Source: an uncultured virus (IMG/VR IMGVR_UViG_3300025671_000003)
Taxonomy: Duplodnaviria > Heunggongvirae > Uroviricota > Caudoviricetes
Virus record (IMG/VR): IMGVR_UViG_3300025671_000003
Reading direction: 5' to 3' (one strand)
Length of the DNA stretch: 20,000 nt
In this document: one piece after another, positions 8,663-16,002 of the stretch
Layout: every line of letters starts with the position of its first letter
Numbering within the stretch: position 1 is the stretch's first letter
The notes under the pieces: model-generated
Told to the model about the DNA's origin: nothing
Database searches by the model: none
What the model saw: only the letters and a program-made list of their open reading frames with translations
Program-made: the position numbers and the translations under genes

Positions 8663-9127
8663 ATGAAATACTTAATAATAATATTAGCATTGCTTATAAC
8701 GTCTTGTAACCCGTTTATTTCAAAAGAGCTTAGAAGAAAAAACAAAGTAAACAGAAAATTAGAAAAGTTTGTAAAGAAGTTCCCAGAAGTATTAAAAAAA
8801 GACACTTTAATAGTAAACTTAGACACAACAATAGTAACTAATGAAGTTAGAGTTGATACTTTAGTAAGTACTAATTTTGATACTTTAGAAATAATTAAAG
8901 ATAAATTCCATTTAAAACTTATTAAAACTACTGATACATTAATTATAGACGGTGGGTGTGATGCTGATACAGTTTATGTAAATGTAATTAAGAAAGTACC
9001 TTATAATGTAGTTAAGCCAGTGCAGTTAACAATATTAGACCATATATCTAATTGGTTTAGTCGTTTTTGGTGGTGGTTAATCATTGCTTTTCTTTTATAT
9101 ATAGCTTATAATAAGTTATTGAAGTAA
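8663..9127 (+). CDS. Lipoprotein with C-terminal TM helix; putative unimolecular spanin
   Basis: Signal peptide II MKYLIIILALLITS-C; beta-rich DT repeats; C-terminal FWWWLIIAFLLYIAY followed by NKLLK. Confidence 0.65.
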   Translation: MKYLIIILALLITSCNPFISKELRRKNKVNRKLEKFVKKFPEVLKKDTLIVNLDTTIVTNEVRVDTLVSTNFDTLEIIKDKFHLKLIKTTDTLIIDGGCDADTVYVNVIKKVPYNVVKPVQLTILDHISNWFSRFWWWLIIAFLLYIAYNKLLK

Positions 9128-9187
9128 AATTAAATTACTTGTAAATCAACAAGTTAAGTATTTATTTTAATATTTGTTTGCAAAAAG

Positions 9188-9246
9188 TTTGCAGATTAAA
9201 AATAAAGGTATATATTTGTACTATAAATTTAAAACAAAACGATATG
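9188..9246 (+). promoter_or_regulatory. Early promoter (-33/-7) plus conserved leader
   Basis: TTTG (9188-9191), 19 nt, TATATTTG (9211-9218), then ATTTAAAACAAAACGATATG. Confidence 0.75.
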
Positions 9247-9369
9247 AAAAACTTATTAAACAAAATTGAAAACTTAGAAAACAAACAAGAAAACGGAACT
9301 ATAACAATGAGTGAAGAAACTCAACTTTGTAGATTAATAGAAATAGTTGAAAAATCTTTATACAAATAA
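9244..9369 (+). CDS. Small hypothetical early protein (41 aa)
   Basis: ATG at 9244 in the conserved AAACGATATG leader; the upstream TTG start at 9178 overlaps the promoter and is unlikely. Confidence 0.6.
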   Translation: MKNLLNKIENLENKQENGTITMSEETQLCRLIEIVEKSLYK

Positions 9370-9370
9370 T

Positions 9371-9565
9371 ATGAGAATATTCAAACATAAGCTAAACGGT
9401 AAACACTACCGTTTAGTTATTAAACGAAAAAGTAATGTTAATACTTATGTTGAGGTTGACAATAATAATAATGTAATATTAAGAACTGGGTTTTGGACTG
9501 ATAAAGAATATGAGCAGGAGGCTATAATTTATGGCTTTGATAAATTAATAGAACTAAAAAAATAA
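9371..9565 (+). CDS. Hypothetical protein
   Basis: ORF 9347..9565; ATG at 9371 (MRIFKH) follows the previous stop. Confidence 0.6.
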   Translation: MRIFKHKLNGKHYRLVIKRKSNVNTYVEVDNNNNVILRTGFWTDKEYEQEAIIYGFDKLIELKK

Positions 9566-9582
9566 CAAATAAAACAAACGAT

Positions 9583-9939
9583 ATGAAAGTAATAAAAAAC
9601 ATAGATTGGGATATAGATAGAGATTTTCCAGATACTAACGATATGAAAGATGAAACATATTTTGCAGATGATTGTTGGAGTGTAAAGTTTGATTGGAATG
9701 GATATGATGTAACTGCAATAGTAGATTTAGAATTGACTTTAGCAACAACTTCTGAAACTGGTGCAAGAGGTCTTTATAACTATGATGATAGTGAAGTACT
9801 TTACAATGTTGAAGTAGTAGGAACTCATTTAGAATTAAAAGAGTTGTATTATAAAGATGGAGAAGATTTTATTGTAGATGCTAAAGAGTTTCACGAAATA
9901 CAAACTCAATTATTAACAGAGTTAAATATTTTAGTATGA
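9583..9939 (+). CDS. Highly acidic hypothetical protein (possible DNA mimic / host-takeover factor)
   Basis: 118 aa, D/E-rich with aromatic residues; conserved leader upstream. Confidence 0.65.
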   Translation: MKVIKNIDWDIDRDFPDTNDMKDETYFADDCWSVKFDWNGYDVTAIVDLELTLATTSETGARGLYNYDDSEVLYNVEVVGTHLELKELYYKDGEDFIVDAKEFHEIQTQLLTELNILV

Positions 9940-10181
9940 AAAACGAATACAAAAAAAGAGATGCTAAAGGCAACAAACTACCAGAGCAAATCGGTAAAGG
10001 ATTAAATTTAGAACATTGTAATAAAGTACTAAAAGAAAGAGAAAACCTCTCAGAAACAGTATCATTTAGGGTTACTAAAGTAGATAAAGAGAACTTCTTA
10101 AAACAATGTAAAAAGAATAATCTTGACCCTACATTAGTAAACAGAGAATTATATAAAAATTTCGCTAACAATAAAATATAA
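9936..10181 (+). CDS. Putative ribbon-helix-helix DNA-binding protein
   Basis: ETVSFRVTKVDKENFLKQCKKNNLDPTLVNRELYKNF resembles RelB/DinJ-type RHH. Confidence 0.55.
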   Translation: MKNEYKKRDAKGNKLPEQIGKGLNLEHCNKVLKERENLSETVSFRVTKVDKENFLKQCKKNNLDPTLVNRELYKNFANNKI

Positions 10182-10185
10182 TAAA

Positions 10186-10644
10186 ATGAAATTAAAAGAT
10201 TTAAAAAAAGAAATTCCATTTCAATGGAGAGTTCAACAAGCAACAGAATATGGAGCTAATTGTGTAGCATATATTGATGCAAGAGATGTTCAAGATTTGT
10301 TAGATGATGTTTGTGGTCAAGATGGATGGCAATGTAAATATGAAGAACATAAAGGTAATTTATTTTGTAGTATAGGCATAAAAATAGGAGATACTTTTGT
10401 ATGGAAGTCAGACTGTGGAACTGAAAGCAATATAGAAAAACAAAAGGGAGAAAGTTCTGATGCTTTTAAACGTGCTGCTGTAATGTGGGGAATAGGTAGG
10501 TTTTTGTATTCTAAAGAGATTATAAAATTAGACTCAATGAAAAATAAAGCTGGTAAATGGGTAGCAAGTTATAACGGTAAAATACTTTATGGAAAACAAG
10601 TTTCTAAGGCTTGTAACTATATACTTGAAAATAAAGAAATATGA
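10186..10644 (+). CDS. sak: Rad52/Sak-family single-strand annealing protein
   Basis: AYIDARDVQDLLDDVCG..GW, WKSDCG, EKQKGESSDAFKRAAVMWGIGRFLY. Confidence 0.9.
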   Translation: MKLKDLKKEIPFQWRVQQATEYGANCVAYIDARDVQDLLDDVCGQDGWQCKYEEHKGNLFCSIGIKIGDTFVWKSDCGTESNIEKQKGESSDAFKRAAVMWGIGRFLYSKEIIKLDSMKNKAGKWVASYNGKILYGKQVSKACNYILENKEI

Positions 10645-10883
10645 AAACAAGTAAAGAATTTTTTGAAGAACTAAGAGAGGGGGATGAATACCTTTCTTGT
10701 ATGATGACTAAAGAAGTTTATAACGGTATAGATTTAGAAAACAGAGAAAGAATAGTTGTTAATACAGTAAGACAAAAAAACTCTAAGTTTAAAAATGATG
10801 AAGTTCATAAAGCATTAGTTAAGAAAGTAACTAAAGTAAATAAAGAGTTAAGAGATTATGAATTTGAAAATAACCATAAATGA
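10641..10883 (+). CDS. Hypothetical protein
   Basis: 80 aa ORF with ATGA overlaps on both sides. Confidence 0.65.
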   Translation: MKTSKEFFEELREGDEYLSCMMTKEVYNGIDLENRERIVVNTVRQKNSKFKNDEVHKALVKKVTKVNKELRDYEFENNHK

Positions 10884-11236
10884 AAAATTTACTAAAACAA
10901 GTTACATTAGATAGATGTAATAGAAAAAAGGATAAAAGCGTTTCAATGACTTTTATAACACAATTAGAACAAAGCCCAGAGGAATTAATGGAAATAGACA
11001 AACTTTTAAACGACTCTGGTGTACTTTACTTTAAGTCTAATGGTAATTTAACAAAAGAAGAAATTAAAGAGCTTGAAAGCGTTGAAATAGAAGTTGAGGG
11101 TAAAAGTAAAAGTCAAAGATTAAGAAATGTTTTATTTATTTATTGCAAACAATTAGGAAAAGAAAAAAGTTTTTCAGACTTTTACGCTAACGAAATGGAA
11201 AAGATAATTGAACACTACAAAACTAAATTAGATTAA
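10880..11236 (+). CDS. Conserved phage hypothetical protein
   Basis: 118 aa; KSKSQRLRNVLF...FYANEMEKIIEHYK motif familiar from phage early regions; function unknown. Confidence 0.7.
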   Translation: MKNLLKQVTLDRCNRKKDKSVSMTFITQLEQSPEELMEIDKLLNDSGVLYFKSNGNLTKEEIKELESVEIEVEGKSKSQRLRNVLFIYCKQLGKEKSFSDFYANEMEKIIEHYKTKLD

Positions 11237-11238
11237 TT

Positions 11239-12534
11239 ATGAAGATTTATAATAAAAATAAAAATGTTTATGATGCTGCTAATGAAAGAATTGAATTTAT
11301 ATTTAAAAACTTTAAAAGAATATATGTTTCATTCTCTGGTGGTAAAGATTCTGGTATAATGTTAAACTTATGTTTAGACTATATGAGAAAAAACAACATA
11401 ACTGAAAAGATAGGATTAATGGTTATGGATAATGAAGCTAACTATGAGTATTCTCTAAAGTTTATGCACGAAATAGTACAAGAAAACTTAGATTTATTAG
11501 ATGTTTATTGGTGTTGTCTACCAATAACACTTCCTTGTACAGTTAGTAGTTATGAGATAGATTGGCAATGTTGGGGTGTTAATGATGAGAGTAGATGGAT
11601 TAGACCAATGCCAAAACAAGATTATATAGTGAATATAGATAATCATAAATTTGATTTCTTCCAAGAGAATATGGGATATGATGAGTTTTGGGATAAATTT
11701 GGTGATTGGTTTGCACAAGGCGAAAGTTGTGCTTGTTTGATTGGTATTCGTACTGATGAAAGTTTGAACAGGTATAGGGCTATTATGAATAAAAAGAAAG
11801 GAATGATTAATAACTTATGTTGGACAAAGAAAAATACTGAATATGTTTATAATTGTTACCCTATTTATGATTGGAGAACTGATGATGTTTGGGTTGCAAA
11901 CGCAAAGTTTGACTGGAAATATAACGAGCTTTATGATATATTTTGGAAGGCTGGTTTAACAGTAGCACAAATGAGAGTTGCAAGTCCATTTATGAGTGAA
12001 GCTAAGAGTAGTTTGAATTTATACAAGGTTATCGATTCTCACGTGTGGGCAAGACTTTGTGCAAGAGTTTCTGGAGCTAACTTTATGGCTACATATGGTA
12101 AACAGCTAAACTATCGTTCATTTTCTTTGCCAGAAGGACACACTTGGAAGAGTTTTACAAAGTTCTTGTTAGATACTTTACCTAATGAGTCTGGAGAAAA
12201 TTTTAAGAAACGCTTTATTCAGTCAATTAAGTACTGGTGGAGAATAGGGCGTGGGTTGCCAGATAATGTTATTGAAGATATGAAGGAAAATAAAATAGAA
12301 TTTATTGAGGGTGAAAAAACAAGGCACGGAAATAAGGATAAAACGTGTGTAAGAATGTTGCCCCCAGACCACCTTGATATGTTGAAATGTCATAATTCGG
12401 ATGTTACAAGCTGGAAAAGATTTGCTATAACTATATTAAAAAATGACCATACTTGTAAATATTTAGGGTTAGCACCAACACACGAACAAGCAAAAAGACA
12501 AAGAGAAATACAAACTAAATATAAAAACATATAA
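11239..12534 (+). CDS. ibrA: IbrA/YbdN-like PAPS-reductase-family (PP-loop) protein with DUF3440 C-terminal domain
   Basis: YVSFSGGKDSG PP-loop, WCCLP, LIGIRTDESLNRY, YPIYDWRTDDVW, QMRVASPF, RVSGANF, LPEGHTWKSF, SWKRFAITILKND. Confidence 0.92.
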   Translation: MKIYNKNKNVYDAANERIEFIFKNFKRIYVSFSGGKDSGIMLNLCLDYMRKNNITEKIGLMVMDNEANYEYSLKFMHEIVQENLDLLDVYWCCLPITLPCTVSSYEIDWQCWGVNDESRWIRPMPKQDYIVNIDNHKFDFFQENMGYDEFWDKFGDWFAQGESCACLIGIRTDESLNRYRAIMNKKKGMINNLCWTKKNTEYVYNCYPIYDWRTDDVWVANAKFDWKYNELYDIFWKAGLTVAQMRVASPFMSEAKSSLNLYKVIDSHVWARLCARVSGANFMATYGKQLNYRSFSLPEGHTWKSFTKFLLDTLPNESGENFKKRFIQSIKYWWRIGRGLPDNVIEDMKENKIEFIEGEKTRHGNKDKTCVRMLPPDHLDMLKCHNSDVTSWKRFAITILKNDHTCKYLGLAPTHEQAKRQREIQTKYKNI

Positions 12535-12545
12535 AAACAAATAAG

Positions 12546-13013
12546 ATGAAAGTAAGAACTATTAAAGAAATTGAAAACACAGAAAGAGATGTTAATTTTA
12601 AGGAGGGTAAAAGTTTGAGAATTGTATTAGCTAAAGATAATATGGGATTCTCAATACATAAAACAATAATACCAAAAGGGCAAAAAGGTCATTGGCATTA
12701 TAAACATCATTTAGAATCTTGTTACTGTATAAAAGGTAGTGGAATTTTAACCAACTTAAACACAAAAGAAGTTTTTAATATAAATGTTGACACCGTATAT
12801 TCTTTAGATGATAATGATAATCACACATTTGAAGCTCTTGAAGATGTTGTTTTGATAAGTGTTTTTAATCCACCAGTTACTGGAAATGAAATACACCAAA
12901 AAGATGGTAGTTATTCTATGAATAAAGCTAAAGATATTGTTTACTCAATAAGTGAATGCACAAATGATTATGATGCAATAGAAAAAGTTAATGAATTATT
13001 AATGAAAAAATAA
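12546..13013 (+). CDS. ectC: Ectoine synthase (EctC)-like cupin, orphan, with C-terminal extension
   Basis: MKVRT..E...TERDV, R..LAKDNMGFS.H.T.I, HYKHHLESCYCI.G.G, VY.LD..D.H, VFNPPVTG.E.H..DG.Y track the EctC consensus over its length; metal-ligand equivalents E57, Y85, H93 present. Confidence 0.88.
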   Translation: MKVRTIKEIENTERDVNFKEGKSLRIVLAKDNMGFSIHKTIIPKGQKGHWHYKHHLESCYCIKGSGILTNLNTKEVFNINVDTVYSLDDNDNHTFEALEDVVLISVFNPPVTGNEIHQKDGSYSMNKAKDIVYSISECTNDYDAIEKVNELLMKK

Positions 13014-13019
13014 AAAGAA

Positions 13020-13541
13020 ATGGAAAAGTTTATGTCACCAGTCTATAACGTACTTAGAGTTCCAATAGACAAAATACAAGCAAATGATTATAACCCTAAT
13101 AGTGTTGCTCCACCAGAAATGGAACTACTTGAAACATCAATTTGGGAAGATGGATATACTATGCCAGTTGTATGCTTTAGAGATGAAGAAAATGATAAAT
13201 ACATTGTTGTTGATGGATTCCACAGATATACAGTATTAAAAAACTCAAAAAGAATATTTGATAGAGAAGAAGGGATGCTTCCAATATCTGTAATTGATAA
13301 GGAGCTTGGCGATAGAATGGCTTCTACTATTCGACATAATAGAGCAAGAGGTTCTCACAATTTAGAACTTATGAGTACTATAGTTAGTGAATTGGTTGAG
13401 ATGGGGAAGGGTGATGCTTGGATATGTAAGCACGTTGGTATGTCTCCAGATGAACTACTAAGAATGAAGCAAATAACTGGTTTAGCCTCATTATTTCAAA
13501 ATAAAGATTTCTCAGATAGCTGGGATGCTGAAATGGTATGA
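13020..13541 (+). CDS. ibrB: IbrB/YbdM-like ParB/Srx N-terminal domain protein
   Basis: ANDYNPNSVAPPEMELLETSIWEDGYTMPVV, IVVDGFHRY, RMASTIRHNRARGSH, C-terminal HTH-like ICKHVGMSPDELLRMKQITGL. Confidence 0.92.
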   Translation: MEKFMSPVYNVLRVPIDKIQANDYNPNSVAPPEMELLETSIWEDGYTMPVVCFRDEENDKYIVVDGFHRYTVLKNSKRIFDREEGMLPISVIDKELGDRMASTIRHNRARGSHNLELMSTIVSELVEMGKGDAWICKHVGMSPDELLRMKQITGLASLFQNKDFSDSWDAEMV

Positions 13542-13975
13542 TTCAAGTTTATCATCCATATTGGAAGTGGGAATGCTATAAAAATGGTATGTGGTTAAAA
13601 TCAAGTGACTATGATAATCAACTAAAAGAGGCTATCAAATTTACTGGAAACCACATACTTTATGGTAACGCAATGAATGAAGTTATTTATTCTTGGAGAT
13701 ACACAATAGAACACCACTTATCAAATAAATCAATTAATAGAAGAGCTTTTATTGGTCATTGTGCTGTATTTTATAAAAAATTAATACCTGAATATATTGT
13801 TAGGGATGCTTGGAAACATCTAAGCGACAAGCAAAGAACATTAGCAGACAATGAAGCAGAAAAAGCTATTAAAGAATGGGAATTATGGTACACAAAAAAG
13901 TTACAGATTATATCAAAACTTGGGAGTCAAGAGGATATAAAGAAGGGATACCAGATGAAGCTCCTTTTGAGTTAA
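13538..13975 (+). CDS. Trp/His-rich hypothetical protein coupled to ibrB
   Basis: 145 aa; YHPYWKWECYKNGMW, WRYTIEHHLSN.SINRRAFIGHCA, AW..L; ATGA overlap with ibrB. Confidence 0.75.
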   Translation: MIQVYHPYWKWECYKNGMWLKSSDYDNQLKEAIKFTGNHILYGNAMNEVIYSWRYTIEHHLSNKSINRRAFIGHCAVFYKKLIPEYIVRDAWKHLSDKQRTLADNEAEKAIKEWELWYTKKLQIISKLGSQEDIKKGYQMKLLLS

Positions 13976-14145
13976 AAGATAAAGTTCCTTCATATAAAAA
14001 TATATGTATAGCTTTATTAAAAAATGATATGAATTTAACTTCATTAGGATATAAGCCAAAATATACTAAGTATTATTCTGTTTTAAAAAGAATAGAAATA
14101 GATGCCAGACCAACAAAGTATAAACAACTAAAGTTAAAAATATGA
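13876..14145 (+). CDS. Stand-alone DUF3440 C-terminal-like protein
   Basis: YIKTWESRGYKEGIPDEAP...VPSYKNICIALLKND..LTSLGYKP aligns by eye with IbrA C-terminus (IKYWWRIGRGLPD...VTSWKRFAITILKNDHTCKYLGLAP). Confidence 0.72.
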   Translation: MGIMVHKKVTDYIKTWESRGYKEGIPDEAPFELKDKVPSYKNICIALLKNDMNLTSLGYKPKYTKYYSVLKRIEIDARPTKYKQLKLKI

Positions 14146-14759
14146 ATTTACCTAAAAAAGATAAAAACGGCAATAGTTATTTAAGCTATTCACAAATATC
14201 ACTATTTAAAAGAGATAAAGACGAATACTACCAAAACTATATTATAGGTAAAAAGTTTGAGGGTAATGAATATACTGATTTTGGAAGCAAGGTTGGTGAG
14301 GCTTTAGAAAAAAATGACTTTACAAGTTTTAGCGAACAAGAAAGTAATATATTAAAACAAGTTACAAGGTTAGATGAATTTGAAAGGCGTGTAATACTAA
14401 AGTATGAAGGTTTTTATATTGTCGGATATGTTGACACAAATAAAAAAGACTTAACAAGAATAATAGATTATAAAACTGGAGGATTAAAAAAGGAGTGGCA
14501 ATATGTTAAACCAGAGTATACACAGCTACATATTTACGCTTTATCAATAAGGCAAGAAACTGGAATAACGCCGACCAAAGCAAGTGTTGAATTTATAAGA
14601 AGAACTGGAAATGCTTATAAAGGTCAAAAACTTAAAGTTGCAAATGAAAGTCCTACAACAATAGAAGTAGATGTTAGTATTAATAAATTAAAAAGAGTTT
14701 ACTGGGAAACATTAGAAACAGCAAAACAGATAGAAAAATTTTATAAAAAAACATTATGA
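14142..14759 (+). CDS. PD-(D/E)XK exonuclease (RecB/Cas4-like)
   Basis: LSYSQISLF, FGSKV, GYVD, IIDYKTG, QLHIYA. Confidence 0.85.
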   Translation: MNLPKKDKNGNSYLSYSQISLFKRDKDEYYQNYIIGKKFEGNEYTDFGSKVGEALEKNDFTSFSEQESNILKQVTRLDEFERRVILKYEGFYIVGYVDTNKKDLTRIIDYKTGGLKKEWQYVKPEYTQLHIYALSIRQETGITPTKASVEFIRRTGNAYKGQKLKVANESPTTIEVDVSINKLKRVYWETLETAKQIEKFYKKTL

Positions 14760-14953
14760 ATTGGAAAGTATTAAAACAAACTTTAATTGCTCTTACGCTA
14801 ATATTTTTAATCGGTTGGATAACTATATCGGAAAATAAAAGAAAGTCGCTTAGAAGTGAGATAAAGAGCCTTAAAAAGCACATTGAAGTATTAAAAACAA
14901 TTAACAATAAAAATATATGGGCATACACAAATGTAAGGGCAGAAGAAAAATAG
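14756..14953 (+). CDS. Small membrane protein
   Basis: N-terminal TM helix TLIALTLIFLIGWITI plus coiled coil. Confidence 0.55.
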   Translation: MNWKVLKQTLIALTLIFLIGWITISENKRKSLRSEIKSLKKHIEVLKTINNKNIWAYTNVRAEEK

Positions 14954-15219
14954 AGGCGCTAACAAAGCAAGAACAAATTAAACTATTAAATAATAATTCG
15001 CTTTATGAAGTTGCTGGAGTTTATAATGTATCTTATCAAACAGTTAAGACTATTTATGATAAATTATTTGAAAATAGAGATATTGGATTTGGTGATGCCG
15101 ATTTAAAAAAAGAATTAATAGAAGAAAAAGATTTAATTATTCCAAAAGATATTTGGATGAAATCAAAAGAAAGACTATATTTACAAACAATTAAAAAAAC
15201 AATAAATTATGAACATTAA
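14917..15219 (+). CDS. Hypothetical protein, possible HTH
   Basis: SLYEVAGVYNVSYQTVKTIY resembles a helix-turn-helix; start uncertain. Confidence 0.5.
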   Translation: MGIHKCKGRRKIEALTKQEQIKLLNNNSLYEVAGVYNVSYQTVKTIYDKLFENRDIGFGDADLKKELIEEKDLIIPKDIWMKSKERLYLQTIKKTINYEH

Positions 15220-15544
15220 AGGAAAATTAAGTAAAAAATTGCCAATAGAAAGTGGTACAACTAAAGCAGATAAAGAGTGGAGAAAGCAAAGTATAGTGAT
15301 AGATACAGAAGCTCAATATAATCCATTAGTAGCAATATCATTTTTTGGAGATGATAAAATTAAGATGCTTGAAAAGTATAAAGAAGGGCAAAGTGTAGAT
15401 GTAGGAATTAATATTTCAAGTAGAGAATTTAATGGTAAATGGTATCATTCAATTGATGGTTGGAAAATTGATAATGTTGGAGAAAGTAAACCAGCAAAAT
15501 TAAATAATAGTGATGAAGATTTAGAAGATGATTTACCATTTTAA
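15209..15544 (+). CDS. DUF3127-family OB-fold protein (putative SSB)
   Basis: GTTKADKEWRKQ, QYNP, FFGDDKI, INISSREFNGKWY.SIDGWKI, acidic tail EDDLPF. Confidence 0.88.
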   Translation: MNIKGKLSKKLPIESGTTKADKEWRKQSIVIDTEAQYNPLVAISFFGDDKIKMLEKYKEGQSVDVGINISSREFNGKWYHSIDGWKIDNVGESKPAKLNNSDEDLEDDLPF

Positions 15545-15551
15545 ATAATAT

Positions 15552-15643
15552 AAGCCCCACTCAAATTAATTAATTTATTATAAACTTTAAACAAGCGAGT
15601 GAGGACTCGGATTCGGTTAATAAATACTTAAAGAGTGGGGTTT
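15552..15643 (+). ncRNA. Candidate structured RNA / long nested stem-loop
   Basis: Nested pairings 15552-15562/15633-15643, 15573-15580/15618-15625, 15596-15600/15605-15609 filling an intergenic gap. Confidence 0.45.
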
Positions 15644-15656
15644 TAAAAACTAAAAT

Positions 15657-15830
15657 ATGAAGATATCAATAACTGAGAATGAATTATCAACTTTAGAGCA
15701 AGAAAAAGACGGCTTTAGTTATCGTTTAAACGGAGATTTTAAAAGAAGTGGTTTTAAGACTAAGGAAGATGCAATAAAAGATGCTGAACATCATTTAAAA
15801 AAGTTTGTTTTACAAAGAATTAAAAAATAG
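15657..15830 (+). CDS. 57 aa protein with Arm-DNA-binding-like motif (not in ORF track)
   Basis: MKISITENELSTLEQEKDGFSYRLNGDFKRSGFKTKEDAIKDAEHHLKKFVLQRIKK; SGFKTKEDA motif. Confidence 0.6.
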   Translation: MKISITENELSTLEQEKDGFSYRLNGDFKRSGFKTKEDAIKDAEHHLKKFVLQRIKK

Positions 15831-15836
15831 AAAAAT

Positions 15837-15998
15837 ATGGAATTAATAAGCACAGTAATAGGTTTAATAGTATTAATAATTATACTAACCTTACCAAGTA
15901 AACTAAACAAGATTTTAACTAATCAAAAGAACTTAGATAAGAAATTAGATATTATTTCTAAAAATCAAGGTGTAATTGAGGGTAAGTTAAAAAAATAA
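15837..15998 (+). CDS. 53 aa membrane protein (not in ORF track)
   Basis: MELISTVIGLIVLIIILTLPSKLNKILTNQKNLDKKLDIISKNQGVIEGKLKK: TM helix plus coiled coil. Confidence 0.6.
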   Translation: MELISTVIGLIVLIIILTLPSKLNKILTNQKNLDKKLDIISKNQGVIEGKLKK

Positions 15999-16002
15999 TT
16001 AG

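Noticed and set aside
8465..9127. In-frame TAG-ATG junction at 8660-8665 suggesting stop-codon reassignment/readthrough
   Set aside because: All long genes are intact under the standard code with high coding density, and fusion would bury the lipoprotein signal peptide.
11239..12534. Sulfate-assimilation CysH auxiliary gene or canonical Dnd/Ssp system
   Set aside because: Length, DUF3440 tail and IbrB partner identify the IbrA/YbdN subfamily; no cysteine desulfurase or DndD/DndE/SspBC genes are visible.
12546..13013. Complete ectoine biosynthesis pathway
   Set aside because: No ectA (acetyltransferase) or ectB (aminotransferase) in the window; only the cupin is present.
14142..14759. Cas4-like nuclease as sign of a CRISPR system
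   Set aside because: No repeat-spacer array or other cas genes; lacks the Cys cluster; ordinary phage recombination exonuclease context with Sak and SSB.
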